This document shows, piece by piece, positions 1 to 14,330 of a stretch of DNA of 64,000 nt. Position 1 is the first letter of the stretch. Every line of letters starts with the position of its first letter. This DNA comes from the human T2T-CHM13v2.0 reference genome, Homo sapiens, in assembly GCF_009914755.1 (NCBI RefSeq), contig NC_060934.1. The stretch is one strand, 5' to 3'. Made by a program: the position numbers and the translations under genes. The notes below the pieces were generated by a model that made no database searches, was not told where the DNA came from, and saw nothing but the letters and a program-made list of their open reading frames with translations.

Positions 1-495
1 GGCAGAAACATAGTTAGATAAAAAAAGGACTTGTCTCGGAGCATGATTTCTGAAAACAGTGGAATCGAGTTTGAATCTAGTAAGTACATATAAATAAATG
101 TCTTAAAACTCCTCTTATGTTAGCTAATTAAGAAACACTATTGTAATAGACATTAGAAAATATTTTAATAAATTGAGTGGATTTCACACGCTAAGGAAAT
201 GATCTTACTTGCATTTGATAGTTCAATTAGATACATATATACCTATAGGTAGTTTAAAATATTTCTAATAACCTTATATACTTTTAAAAAGCATTGATAT
301 CTGTTTGCACTATATGGTCTATAGAGTACACATACCAAACATGATTATAGCTCTTCTGCTATAAACTTCAAATGTCTAATTAATACAAAAATCTAGAATG
401 AGAAGAGTTCTTTGCATTTTTTTTTATCAAATAGAATATAGGAAAGATAGCTGCAAATATACCTGACACACTTATCTGTGAGTATGGTGGTAGCC

Positions 496-792
496 TTTTT
501 ATTTTATTTTATTTTGAGAGAGGGTCTCACTTTGTCACCCAAGATGGAGTGCAGTCATGTGATCAGAGCTCACTGAAGCCTTCACATACTGTGCTCAAGC
601 GATTCTCCTACCTCAGTCTCCTGAGTAGCAGGGACTGCAAGTGCATGACACCATACTAGCTAATTTTTGTAAAGATGGGGTTTCACCATGTTGCCCTGGC
701 TGATCTCCATCTCCTGGACTCAAGAGATCTGGCCACCTTGGCCTCCCAAAGTGCTGGGATTATAGTTTTGAGGCACCACAATCAGCCCAGCC
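496..792 (-). mobile_element. Alu SINE, old (AluJ-like)
   Basis: T-rich tail followed by the reverse-complement Alu body (GAGAGAGGGTCTCACTTTGTCACCC...GCCTCCCAAAGTGCTGGGATTATAG...CCCAGCC); strongly diverged. Confidence 0.9.
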
Positions 793-3700
793 TTAAAAAA
801 GGCTGACTAGAGATCTTTATCTATGTATATCTATATCTATCTATAAAATAAACATATGTGCTTCTTATATAAAAATATATATTATTAATATTATATAAAA
901 TTTTTTTCAAGGTAGAAATATATAAAGAGGGTGCATGTAGAGCCTGGGGCATTGTGTAGTGAAGCTCAAGGCCTCTGAAGAAATGCCCCTTGCCTCTTTT
1001 GTCTGGGCTAGAATCCGAGAAGGGAAAGCAGCAGATGCACTGGTTCCCAGGTTCTTGGCATCCTACAGAGAGAAACTTGTTTGAGCTAGGGTAGCGTTAA
1101 ACACCCTTGTTCTTACTCTCCTGTTTTATATAGTGAGCAGAGACTAGCTTCATGAGAACAGACTGTGACAGTCAAGGCTGTCTGATATTTTGTGCAGCAT
1201 TAATTGAGAAATTCTAGCACCTGAAGAACTCTGGGCCATTTGAGGGTAGGTGCAGGGGAGGAAAGGGAAGTTTGCATCCCTCCTGCTGTGGAGAGAACCC
1301 GTGGGAAGCACAGACCTTGTCCTAACTGAAGGCAGACCACCTTGCTAACCAGCTTCTCATCAGCCAACCCTGGATGAGTTTCTATGTCTATTTACTAAAT
1401 AATCCTTATTGCTTTTCTTCATATGGGCAAAGTATGGTTTACAGGGAATATTGTTCCTTTGAACACCCATCATGGAAAACCCTTCCTGTTGTGGGAAACC
1501 AGGCTTCCATATGTGTATTATTGGGAAACACATAGGCAATTTCTATGTTTTTACTGCATCTATTTCAGGGATATGGGAACTGAATAGTGCCCATCAAAGG
1601 CTCACCTGATGTTGGAAATTGATCTGAGAGCGCGGAAGGACAGAATTCTTTCTTTGTTCCTGGGCAGCGGTGGTTGAGGGATCATTTTGTGGCAGCTACA
1701 GTGGCAATGATGGAGGCATAATGGCGGGCTCAGTACCAAGACAAGGAGAGACTTGGCCTCACAATGGCAGCATTGCAGGGGTGCGCTCTACAGAACATTT
1801 GCTCACATGGTTTTGGGCATTGTCTCTAACTACATTGCTTCCCCAATAGGTTGACCCATTCTAACTAACTCCTTTTCTCTTTAAAAAAGCAAACTTCATT
1901 TGTATGACTTGCAATTGTAAACGACACCAATTGGCCAGTTATCATTCAAATTCTCTGTTACTTAATCCTGCCTTTTCCTGACGTATGCAACTTTCCCCTA
2001 AAAAATTGGACACTTTGTTGCTTACTCATTGTCTTTACACATTTTAAAATGTTGCTTTATGCCCCCAATCCCTAACTACATTTTCAATGTTTTGCAAGTG
2101 GAGTCCAGGTGTTCTTGATTTACATGAAGCTCAAAATAATGGTTATAGTAAGTAGTACTTCATAATTAAGCAAAAAGCTCTTATTGAAAAATGACAGAAC
2201 TATACATAGGGATGACAACATGGAGAGATATTTCGTGAGATCACAAAGTTATGGTATGGCAGAAGTAGAATGCTGAATAGAGACTCTGTGTTCCCAATCA
2301 TTATTTCTACCACCAGCTTTCTATTTTGATGTTAATAATGTTCTTATGTGGGAAACCCTACATATTTGCCAATGTTTAGTTCATTGACAAAGAAATAGAA
2401 AGAGCTTCAAGAACACTCTAATATTTAAAAAATAAAATGTCTATAATTGGCCATACGAAAAAATTGGTACTTGACATATACTGAGATCGTTTTATTTTGT
2501 GCTAGACAAATGAAGTCATAGAACAGAATGTGCTTTAAATATTATGAATAGTGCTTGCATGTGTGCGTGTGTGTGTGTGTCTATAGATGCATATTAGGCC
2601 GTTGAAAAGTTTTATTATTCTTTCGAGGAGAGAGACTGCCAACTTTTGAACCTAACTAGAACAAGTATATTGCTTCTTCATATTTTGATTAAGGCAAAGA
2701 GAATCTAGTTAAAAATAATTCAACTTATCGTGGAAATGCTATAAATTGCTGTGAAGTGAGTTGCTGGTTATGGCTTGTCAGAGCAAATATATTGTACAAA
2801 TCTTAGGGGAGAATTAGTGCTTATACATTCAAATCAAATCATCTTGCAGCAGACTGAGAAAAACGTTAGATTTTTAAAATAATTTCAAAGTCATGAAAAG
2901 AGCAAATATGCTCCACAAAGAGCCTAGCAACCCTCAATGACCAATGCCCCTTTAATATAGTTTGGTATCTGAATTAGAATCCCAGAATCTACAAATACCT
3001 CTGGGTGTGGGTGCTGCATTTTGAGGATTTTATAACACTGCCATCACCAAGCTCTCTTTTGATATTCACTTTAAGGAGATAATTTACGGGCAACCAGAGA
3101 GCATAAACCAAAGTAGATATCTATCTAGATAGATAGATACATCTCCATATCATTGACAGGATACATTCTAGCCGAGTGTGAGTACAATCTATGGATGTGG
3201 TTGGAGAGAACATGTGTTCCACCTGAGTGGCAGATCAGGATTATTCCTTCTCATCTGCTGCAATGGCTCAATGTGTTAAGGAGAGGAGCGAGACAGCAAG
3301 AACTGCATTCATTCAGTCATACAGACCAAAAGGAGGAATGTCGCCCAGCCCTCTAAACTGACCCAGAACCCAGCTCATGTCTCAACTGCTACCTCTACTA
3401 CTTAGAAAGAAGTAACTCCACTAAAGCAGGGTTCTGGACAAATATATTTTTATTGATCATATACAAATAGATGAAGATGGACTTGGATGTTAAGAAAAAT
3501 AATGCTATACAAAATCGAGAGTAGAGAGTCGCCCCTAGACTTAAATTAAGGGTGTGTACATTAGATAATTTAATCCAATCTATCAGGTAAAAACTTGAAC
3601 AAACCTTTTGGCCTCTTCCTTAAAATTCAGGGAAGTATGTCCTCCACAAAACAGAATCAAAATATAAATAAAAGACTGGCTTAAGATGAAAATAAACCTT

Positions 3701-4699
3701 ACAAATGAAAAGCCAGATGAGAGGCACTTAACTGAGAATGAAAAGAAACTGAGCGGACAAAATAATTATGAGAAGATGAACCTTCAAATCAGAAAGAGGG
3801 AAAAAAGCTTATTTGATACTATGAGAACTCAAAAGAGAGTGAACACAAGTGTGAAAATTCCAAGAGTAAAGAAAAGTAGCATAACTAAATTAAGAGCATG
3901 AGAAAATGTGTACAATTTTGAGTAATAAGAGCGGAAATCCAAAGTACCTATTGTATGTGATATTTTAGTAGAGCAACACTGAAGAAGAATGAAAACAAGA
4001 AATAATATTAAATATGAACATATGGAGAACAGAATAATATTTTTAAATTTTTTAGTTTCTAAGCTTATCTGAAATTTTAATTTTGGTTTCTTATATAATA
4101 CCAGAGTTATTAGGAAGTTATTAGCTAATAACACTATTTTCAGTGATATTTTAAGTATTTGTCCTAGAAAAATTTCTATTTTTGAAAAATGTATATTTAA
4201 AAATACATTAAATGTGTATATACATCAATCATATGTATCGATTTATGTTTTTCTTTAATTGCAAATGAAATTTGTATTTTTGTGTTCCTGGAATAAAATA
4301 AACTTGAATGGATTGTAATATATTATTCATGCTGTAATTCAACGTATTTGAATTCTTTAAGAATGTTACATTTATAGTTAACAGATATTGATTTTCTGTC
4401 ATAATGATGTTGTGAGACAATCTAAGAGGAATTAAAATTTAAATTCATGTATTCCTCCTTTTTCCTCTGTTCTCTAACTGTAATATATTTTAATTACAGA
4501 TGGAGGAACAGATAGATGTTAGATAAATAGGTATATAATATATAGATCATCCAAAATTCTTATTCTTATGGTTTTATGTAGTCAGTATTTACCTCTATTT
4601 TTCTGCATGTTTATCATTCCAATTTAGTTCATTACTTCCTGCACCTTTGATGTCATATATATAAACAGGAAATAACACATGGTGGCCGGGATGTAGAGA

Positions 4700-5403
4700 G
4701 AGCCACAGGACTTGTGAATAAAATCCACAGGCAAGGATGTGGCGATTCCTTTTGCAATATTGGAGGGAATGCCAAACCCTATGTTTGCTGTGGAAAAGAG
4801 TATGTTAGTTCCTCAAAACATCAAAATGGTATTGCCATATGATTCAGCAGCTCCACATCTCAGGATAGCAAAAGAAATGAAAGCAGAGTCTTGAAAAAAT
4901 ATTTACACATCCATGTTTGCAGCAGCATTATTGGCAATAGCTAAAACGTAGAAGCAATTGAAGTGTCCAACAACAGATGAATGGATAAGCAAAATATGAT
5001 ATATACATACAATGGAATATTATTCAGTCTTAAACATGAGGGAAATATTCTGACATATGTTGCAACTTGGATGAAACTTGAGAATATTATGCCAAGTGAA
5101 ATAAGTTAGTCAGTGAAGGACAAATACAGTATAATTCCATTTGTATAAGGAACTTAAAGTGGACAGAGTCACAGAGATAGTACAATGATGGTTGCCAGAA
5201 GCTGGGGGGAGGAAGACATGGGGAAGTATTGCTTAATGAGTATAGAGTTTCAGTTTCACAAGATGAAACGAGTTATGGAGATGGATGGTGGGGATGGCTG
5301 CACAATGTTATGACTATATTTAGTACCACTGAACTGTGCACTTAAAATGGTTAACAGAGTACATTTTATGTTATGTGTATTTTACCACAATAAAAAAATA
5401 AAA
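4700..5403 (+). mobile_element. Old LINE-1 3' end (L1MB-like)
   Basis: ORF2-end/3'UTR motifs CAACAGATGAATGGATAAGC, AATGGAATATTATTCAG, GGATGGCTGCACAATG, CACTTAAAATGGTTAA, ending ACCACAATAAAAAAA. Confidence 0.85.
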
Positions 5404-7189
5404 TACCTTAGGAACATTTTCCTGAAAGAGTCCACATAAAATTCATTTTAATGCATGTGTTTATGCATAGATTTCTATTTTTCTCTTTTCTATTTATATT
5501 CCAAATTAGAATATAATGCTAATCAATCATAGTGGCTGTGTTTCTTCCTTCCTCTAGTCTGCAAGTAGCAAGCAAATGTAATAAACTACTTATTCATGTC
5601 ACACCTATTTATTTTCTGCCTTATACCAAGCTTGTGGGATTCTATTAAATACAACATTTTTATACGTACACCTATGCAATACCCATTAGCATCGCCTTCC
5701 TAAATCAGGGGAAATTGAGTGTCTGTAAGGTGCGGTAACTTACTAAGATACAAAACTCAGCATTAAAGTCTGTATACTTCAATATCCTGCCCTCTTCTCA
5801 TTTGTCTTTACTGCCTTTTATGTATGTGTTAGATGTTCAATAAATACTCTTTTTTAAACTGAATTTAAGCCGTGGAGCAGTGTTTTGTTGAACAATAAAT
5901 ATGATATTGGACACTCTTTCTCCCTTTCATTTATGATGCAGTTCATGAAAAAGAGAAATTCTTTCATTGTGCTAGAAGCTTAAAATAATGAAAATGCCAC
6001 TTTCTACATTAAACAGAAACTGAAGGGAAACAAGATGAATTGGATGAGACATAGAAAACAAGTGGGAAAGAAATCTAGTATAATTTCCCCTTTGTGCACC
6101 TTTGTTATTTAGCATTTGAGAAAATGTTTCCCCCAAATATCTTCCCATCTTAATTCATGTCTATAAAGTAGACATTTATGTCTCACCTTGTCAAGAAGGG
6201 CAAACTCTAACATAAACATTTCCCAAAAATGCTTCCTGCTAAAACGTAAGCTCAGTCTGGCTAGAAATTAAGCTCATTCATAAAAATTAGTTGGCAGCTA
6301 ATCTTTGCATGCTGTTCTCTGAACTTGAGTGAAAGCTGTCCATCAGGCATACAGGGAATGACGGAAAAGGTGACAACAGAAGATGAATGCTATGTCACTA
6401 ACCTTCAAAGACGACCTTCCTTTTCTTTCAAATTCTTGATATCTTAAGACTTCATTAATTCATCTTTCTTTGCCCTTGGTTCAACATTGTGCTATACCAA
6501 AACTCATGTAAAACAATGATCTATTGTAATAAAAATGGCATTTTTCTTTCATGTAGATGCAAGCTATCTGGCATTTTTACAATCAACATACTTCCGTTGT
6601 TAATTTTTCATTCTGTATTGGCAGTAATTGATAGGTATTTCTGAAGGGATGAAGGTGTTTCTGTGTTCATTGAGATCCAAACTTTTTTAGACCTAGTGGT
6701 GTTTGTAAAACAATTTGTGCCAGCTGACAAAGGACCACTGTGGCAGAAAGCAGCAAACTTGCATAAGATGTCACTGCCTCATCAGTTGGCTTTGAAAACT
6801 AGGGGCTTACTCTATAGTCCTATGAATCAAAGACATTGATTGATGTAGTATAAGATTACAATCATATTTTCCTTTTGACAGTCATATTATAAGGCATGAT
6901 GTATTGCAATTAATCTCAATTAGCTGATCACAATTAAAATTAATAATGTTTATTATTGCTGATAAACAATCATGACTCTCCTGTTCTCAAATGTGCAAGT
7001 AATTCTTGTAATTTTAATACAAATTTGCATATTATTACTAATTGATTTAATCTCATTGTATTTGGTTCATGGATCCAATTTATTAAAATATTGATAATGG
7101 GGCAATGATTTGTCTCCCCATTTCATTTACACTAAAAGACACAATTCGTACAATGGTCTGCAAGCCCATCATGATCTGCCGCATTTGTT

Positions 7190-9010
7190 ACTGAGTTAAA
7201 ACAATTTTTCTATATTCAAGATACATATTTATACAGACATATAGATATGTGTTTTTCAAATATCTTCTCACAATTTTTGAGCTGCCTTTTGACTTGCTTG
7301 GTTGTCCTTTGAAACACCAATGTCTTTAATTTTTAAGAAATGTTAAATAACTAATTTTTATTTTGTTGATCATGTTTTTGGTGTTACAGCTATTTCTTTG
7401 CTAGATCCAAAATCCTGAAGATTTTCCCATAAGCTTTATTCTAGCTCTTGCATGTATATCTTTAATTCATTTAAGTTAATATTTTTGTATGCTTTGGGGT
7501 AAGGATTCCAATTTATTATTTTGCAAGTGGCGATCCACGTGTACGTTGTTGACAGAGTTTGTTCAAAGAAGGTCTCTTCCTCATTGAATTGCACATGGCA
7601 CCACTGTAAGAATCCATTGACTATAGATACATAGTTTTATATATGGACTCTCAATTCTCTTCCATCAATCTATATATTTTTCCTTCATCAGTATTGTGTT
7701 GTCTTGATTACTGATGCTTTGCCATAAGGTTTGGAGCATGGGGGTGTGAATTATCCTAACATGTTTTCTTTTTTCAAGACTATTTTGGCTATTTTAAGTC
7801 CCTTACAATTCCACGTGTATTTTAGAATCAGCTTGTAAGTTTCTAGACAGAAATCTGTTGGGATACTTGCAGGGATTACGTCAAATCTGTAGTTCAACTT
7901 GTAAAGTACTACAATATTAAATCTTCCAATTCATGGCTGTAAGATATTTGCTAATTATTTAGATCTTCTTTAAACAATAATTTTTAATTTTCAGAGTAAA
8001 ATCTTATATCACATTTTCCAAATTAATTATTATTTCTTTTTTTGATGCTATTGTAAATTGAAGTGTTTTCTTAATCTCATTTTAGGGTTTTCATTGTAGA
8101 TGTGTGCAATTGATTTTTGTATATTTATCTTGTATGCTGTAATATTGCTGAAGTAATTAACTAGTTCTATCGTTCAGTGGATTCCTTAAAATTTTCTATA
8201 TACAAGAATGTTATTTGCAAATAAAGTTTTATTTCCTCCTGTTCAATATGGGTGACTCTTATTTCTTTACTTGCCGATTTGCCCTGCATAAAATCTTCAG
8301 TACAGTGTTGACTAGAAGAGGTCAAAGTACGTATCCTATTCTTATCTCTGACCATAGCGGGAAAGTATCCTTTCTTTTACCACTAAGTTGAATATTTGCT
8401 TTTGGCTTTTCACAGGTGCCATGTATCTGGTGTAGAAAGTACTCTATTCCTGGCTCATTGAGTTTTTATTTTTATTTTTAATCATTAAAGCATTTGGATT
8501 ATGTTAAATGTCTTTTCTGAATCTATCGAGATGATCATGAAATTCTTGTTTCTTATTCTATGGATAAGATGTATTACCTTAATGGATTTTGGGCTGTTAA
8601 ATCATCCTGAGATTACTAGTATAAATATCACTTTGTCATAGTGCATAATTCTTTTACATGTTGCTAGATCTGATTTGTTAGTAGTTTTTAAGGAATTTTG
8701 CATTTATACTTATAGTAGTTTTATTTTTCTATGCTATTTGGACTAATTTTTGTATCAAGGTAACACTGGCCCCACAGAATAAATTGGGAAGTGAATATTT
8801 CTCTTTTTAAAAAAAGTTAGTCAAGAATTAATATCAATTAGTCAATACTAACAAATATGATCAATATTATAAATTATTAATTTCTCTAATTTTTATTTTC
8901 TTCCTTCTGCTTGCTTTAGGTTTAGTTTGCTATTTTTTCCATTGCCTTTATGTGGAAGGTCATCTTATCTCATCCTTTCCTTTGTCTTTTCATTTTCGAA
9001 ATAGTGTCTT
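7190..9010 (-). mobile_element. Old LINE-1 ORF2 fragment (L1M), antisense
   Basis: T-rich antisense L1 ORF2 motifs (TATTTTGGCTATT, TTTAGAATCAGCTTGT, GAATCTATCGAGATGATCATG); ORF 8167-8355 gives degraded L1 RT-like residues (EEIKLYL...LYIENFKEST). Confidence 0.8.
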
Positions 9011-9017
9011 TTTTGCA

Positions 9018-9340
9018 TCAGGTGAGCTCCCCAGGTTGGTAGTACTCCATGTTTATTGCTGTACAACAATGACAGGTAATATGTCCTGAAGACAATGGAA
9101 ACTTAACATTCAAAATCCTCCTAGATTTCACCTTATGTGATATGTCTTTTCCTTTGATTGGTCCAATTTCTACCCTTTCTCTATTATAAACCATGAGTAC
9201 AATGGCATTCAATGAGTTCTGTGAGTCTTTCTAGTAAATTCTTGAAACTGAGGGTGTTCTGGGGAAACCCTGATCTGGCAGTTGGTGTCAAAAGTGCGAA
9301 TCGTCTTATATGGCCTCTTCCTTTGAACTTTGCATCTGGA
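9018..9340 (+). mobile_element. LTR fragment, MER21-like
   Basis: TGAGTTCTGTGAGTCTTTCTAGTAAATT...CTGAGGGTG...GCAGTTGGTGTCA resembles the MER21 3' region as I recall it. Confidence 0.6.
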
Positions 9341-9918
9341 CCCAAACTCTGCACAATTTGGGCCAGCAGTCTCGTGTTGACTTTGCAGCCTAAATTATCT
9401 TGTAGTTTGTCTAATCCTCAAAAATTTGCTTTCATCAAATATTGTATTTGTTACCCCAAAATTACCATCATGTATTTTTCTCCAAATAACTAACATTAGG
9501 AGAAATAGCCAGCTGAATCTGTAACTCAACAGAAACAAGTGATCCATATACCATATAAGTGGCCATTTCATTTTGCCTCCTTCCACCAAATCTTAGCAAC
9601 CTCAACCATTGCCGTGAGCCACTGTAGGCCTACCATCTACAAACCAACAAGTATCTTTTAAAAACACTTCATGCTCCCATTTGATAAATTTCCCAGCAAA
9701 GGGATGCTTACTTTAACTCTATGCAAGTGGCTCATACTCGCAAAGTCTGCAGATATTATTCATGTAGTGTGAGAAAATCATCCCAGAGATGCCAGCACAT
9801 TCTCCTACCCATGATCTGCTTAGTTTGCAAACATATTCAGGCCATGGGTGAGAGATTTGTATTTCACAGTACAACAATTTTATGGAGGACATTGAAACTT
9901 AGATTGAGCATTTTAGTA

Positions 9919-10259
9919 CAGTCACACATCACTGAGTGATAGGGATACGTTCTAACAGATGCATCCATAGGCAATTTCATCATTTTGCAAACGTCAGAGA
10001 GAATATTACAAACACCTAGTTTGTACAGCCTACCATGTCTGGTTATATGGTAGAGCCTCTCTCTCCTAGGCTACAAACCTGTGTACTACATTACTGTACT
10101 GAATATTGCAGGCAATAAGAACACAGTGGTAAGAAGTTATGTATCTAAACATACTTAAACATAGAAAAGTATGTAAAAATGTGTATTATAATCTCATGGG
10201 AACACTTTTGTATATGCAATCCATCTTTGACTGAAATGTTATTATGCATGACATGACTC
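9919..10259 (-). mobile_element. Tigger3a/MER7-type non-autonomous Tc1/mariner DNA transposon
   Basis: TA-flanked ends CAGTCA... and ...GACTGAAATGTTATTATGCATGACATGACT(C); internal CCTAGGCTACAAACCTGT and ACTGTACTGAATA motifs; about 340 bp. Confidence 0.8.
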
Positions 10260-12899
10260 TATGACAAAAATAAAATAGTACATTTTTTAAAATGTACAAA
10301 TGTATCAAACATATTATAAAACTAAAAATATTTATTCAGTGTAAGAATTTGTAATGATCACAAAATGTTCACAGCTTATATTTAAGTACAGTTTCAAATG
10401 CCTAGTGCAATTACTATTTATTTCTTTTTGTATTTTAAACATGTATATAATAAACATTTTTCAGGTTCAGCAATATATATCAATCCTACAGGCTCTTATA
10501 AATATTAGTTAAAATCAATTGGTAAATTCATGTGTATATACGCATACCTGTATCAGTGAGCATGTGTGCATGTATGTTTGTGTAAACGTAATTATATGTG
10601 TGTGTAAATGTAATTGGATGCATCCTTATATTTACCCTTACCTGCAAGATTTCCAAGATTCATTTATTATCTTTAGATGATGGGCATTTAAAGATTTACC
10701 AAATACAACGGTAATAGTGGAAAATATCAAGATGTTATTAAATTCATCTTGTGCAATAATTATTTCTATAAATTTATGTTTCTTGTAAAACTTGCAGTAA
10801 TGCTCATGCACAAAATAATTTTCTAAATAAAAAATAAAAACGTTTTCTCAGTCATTAATTCTTAAAATTATTTCTCCCCAATAATTAATGTGAATTAATT
10901 CTTAATTCTTAATTATAGAATAATGTTGCCCTTCAGAGTTCGGAAACTTTTACATGTTGTACACATTTCACTAACCAGAACAACTTCTGAAATATTGGCA
11001 TTAATTAATGTCACTCAGCAATTATTGATTTCAAAGGCATTAAATACCATTCATATTCTGAATCACAAGGGTACTTTGGCATCTTTTTTAATCAAGCTCT
11101 CTGTATCATCATCTACACTTTAATTACTTAACAAACATTTCTCTGTATGAGAAAGATTGAGCAGGTTATTGTGCTTTTTTAAGATACAACTTTTGCTTAA
11201 TCTAGAGATAGGCAATGCTCCCTATAAGGGACAAAGAGAAAAATAAATGAGCAATAGAGATGCGACAGGCATGGAAAAAGACACTACATTTATCAAACAA
11301 ATAGGTCCCATAAAGTTTTGAGTCAATTAGAATATGTTTGTATCAGTCTGTCTACAGTTTTACACCTGTCAAAATGTACTTGAACTACAACAACTACCCT
11401 GAACAATTTTGAAATGTATGATTCCTCTGAAACTGATTAAAAGAATTATGGTAGAGTGAAATTCTGATTGACATAATTTGGGAGAGAAATTATTCCTTGG
11501 ACATCAACCTCTGCCAAGATAGTTTATAATGACATTGAGACTTTTTGATTTACAAAATTTGTTATATAAAAAATACTAAGACGATGGCAGATAATACACA
11601 GAATTTAATTAAAATTGTACTACAATTAAATGTCTAAATAAATTAGAAGGGTACATGGTACATCTAATTGTATGTTTATATATTTTATTTGTGCATTTTT
11701 TTCCTAGGGTTGCTTTTGCTTTAGTTTGTAAAACGTTCTTATTTTTATGATAATGTAGCACATACTAAATAAAGAAAAATCAGGAAATAGAAAATGAAGA
11801 AAACATTAGTTATTGTCAACCAAATAAAAATTGTGCAATCTCTAAGCACATGAAGTATGTATTATTTGTACAGCATGTAGAACGTTTATGCTTCACAGCG
11901 TGAGGTAGAGACTGCAAAACCTTGAACTTGGGACAAATAAGAAAGTAAGGAAATTTTCACAACATATTAATATTATAGAAAATGTTGAACTTAACAGTTA
12001 AGGTACAAGTAGTGAAAAATGATAGTATTTAAGGAGATCTAGAAAATTTAATCTATACCTGTAATGTGTGAGAAGTATTAGAATAATGCTTGTATTTCTG
12101 GATTTGCATCAATTTCTATTGAGACTGGAAACATAATAGAAGTGAGGGAAAAAGAATTTAAATTGTGGATACTTGAGTTTTATACCTAGGAGTTCGAGAA
12201 ATACATTTTGTTACTATCAAAGCAGTTGGCACAAGAGTGTACAAAATTCCCTAATTGTGTCTATGTGGAGAAGACATAGACAAACAGAGAATAGTAAAAC
12301 AGAAATAGCAAAAAAGCACAAACAAATTTTACCTGTAATTTTAAGTAAAAGCCAATTAGAGAAGGAAAACATGAAATTTGTGTTTTATCAAAATTTTTCT
12401 CTTTCTCATAATGCAGTTGAATATATTACTGGAAAAAAATTGAAGCACTGGTATGTTCACAAAAAAAGTAAAATATAAGGTCAAAACCATGGGAATGCAG
12501 GGAGCAGACAAAATATAACTAAACACCGAAACTGATTTTGCCTTATGGACGTGTACCAAAATGAATGAGTGCAGATTCCTACTGTCATACATCACATAAG
12601 ACAGTAAAGAAATACATAGTTTTTCCCAAGATAGAGCATCACACAGGAGCTCCTCCCTAAAGCTAGGACCAAAATTTATATCCTGAGTATAAAGAAGAAT
12701 CAGAGGTAAATTAGTCCCATTTCACATTCCCTGGAAATGGCAAATAAAAATGACTTGAGATTGGACAGATTTAAAGAAACTCAATCACTAATGATTTAGA
12801 GCAAGTAATTTAAAAATTGTTTAAATGTGCAACCCAAACATACGTCCAAATCCCTTTAGGCCAAGAATTAACATAATGTGGTCCCAGAATGGTGGTGCC

Positions 12900-14050
12900 T
12901 TTAGTAGAATCACAAAAAAATTCAAATTCTCTTTGGCAAATTTTCTACTTACAAATCCTCAAAAGTGCACAAAAATAATTTTCAGAGAAAAATAAATATT
13001 TGTCATTCAAAGGCATCTAAGTATGCAAGGAAATGATATTCCACCATTTGAAAGGAAAGCAGAAAAGGAGTACAAACAGATCCACAAAGGTTCCTTAGTA
13101 GATCTATCACTTAGATTATAAAGCACATTTGCTTTCAAAAATTTTTTTAAAAAAGAATATATTGTTAGGAGACTAAAAAATTGATGTAGCAAATTTGAAA
13201 AGAAGTTTGTATAAAAATATAGTTATTTTAAATTAAAAACTCAAAAATGAACTCATCAGATTAGACATGACTATGGTGAGAGTTCATAAATATTTCAGAA
13301 TGCATTACAGAAAATTTAAAAAAAAGGAAAATGTGGACAGAATGATGAAGAGACATGGAAGATACAGTGAGAAAGTGTAGCATGTGTTTAGTGAGTGTTC
13401 TCATAGAAGAAGGGAACTGGGAAGGGACAATATGTGATGATATTTTGGGTGAAAGTTCTCTAGACTTTTGTAAGACACTAATCTGCATATTCAAAAATTC
13501 TATGCATGCTAAGCAAGCTATAATGGAGATAAACCTACACCTATGTATCTCCTAGAGAAATAGTAAACAACCAGGAAGGGAAAAATATTTCAATTAGCAC
13601 TAGAAAAATGAAATTACTTTTAGTTATATTGAAATCTGAAAAAATGAAAGGTAAAATAAACAATATTATTTGCTAAGAATAATAATGCCATTCTGAAATT
13701 CTCAACGAAGAAAAATATTCATCAACCTATGGCTAAATAACATATTTAGAGACAGAAAACAAAATGCCACCAGCAGAATTCCACTAAAGAAACTAAAGAG
13801 AATCTCTGAAAATATTCTTCAGAAATGTTGAAGTTCTGAAATCAAAGAGTGAACACAGAGCAAAATATATTGTAAACATACAGATAGATCTAAATAAAAA
13901 ATTAGGTGTTGAAACAAAAATATATTTAAAATTAGATAATCACTGCAATATGTATGTTAGGAAGAAAATTATTAGGGCTGGAGTATTCAAAGAACCCTTA
14001 ACTGTCTGACAAGAACAGAAAAGTGAGTATGACTTTGCAACTCTTTTTCT
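12900..14050 (+). mobile_element. Very old LINE-1 ORF1-region remnant (L1M)
   Basis: A-rich, with ORF1-like motifs (AGAGACATGGAAGATACAGTGAGAAAG; ORF 13355 MEDTVRK...); boundaries uncertain. Confidence 0.5.
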
Positions 14051-14055
14051 TTTTC

Positions 14056-14330
14056 GAATGGAATGGAATGGAATTGAATCTAATGGAATTGAATGGAGTG
14101 GAGTGGAATGGAATGGACTGGGAGCTGAGATTGTGCCATTGCGCTACAGGCTGGGTGACAGAGTGAGACACTCTCAAAAGAAAGGAATGGAATGGAAAGC
14201 AGTGGAATAGAATGGAATGGAATGGAATGGAATGGAATGGAATGGAATGGAATGGAGTGGAGTGGAGAGGAGTGGAACGGAGTGGAATGGAATCGGATGT
14301 AATGGAATATAGTGGAATGGAATGGAATGG
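14056..14330 (+). repeat. HSat3-like (GGAAT)n/(GGAGT)n satellite block
   Basis: Direct pentamer run GGAATGGAATGGAAT with GGAGT variants, lacking ATCATC motifs. Confidence 0.9.
14122..14183 (+). mobile_element. Alu 3'-end fragment embedded in GGAAT satellite
   Basis: GAGCTGAGATTGTGCCATTGCGCTACAGGCTGGGTGACAGAGTGAGACACTCTCAAAAGAAA matches the last ~60 nt of the Alu right arm. Confidence 0.85.

Noticed and set aside
950-1850. GC-elevated stretch possibly from an ancient LTR or exon
   Set aside because: No diagnostic termini, splice-bounded ORF or recognisable family motif.
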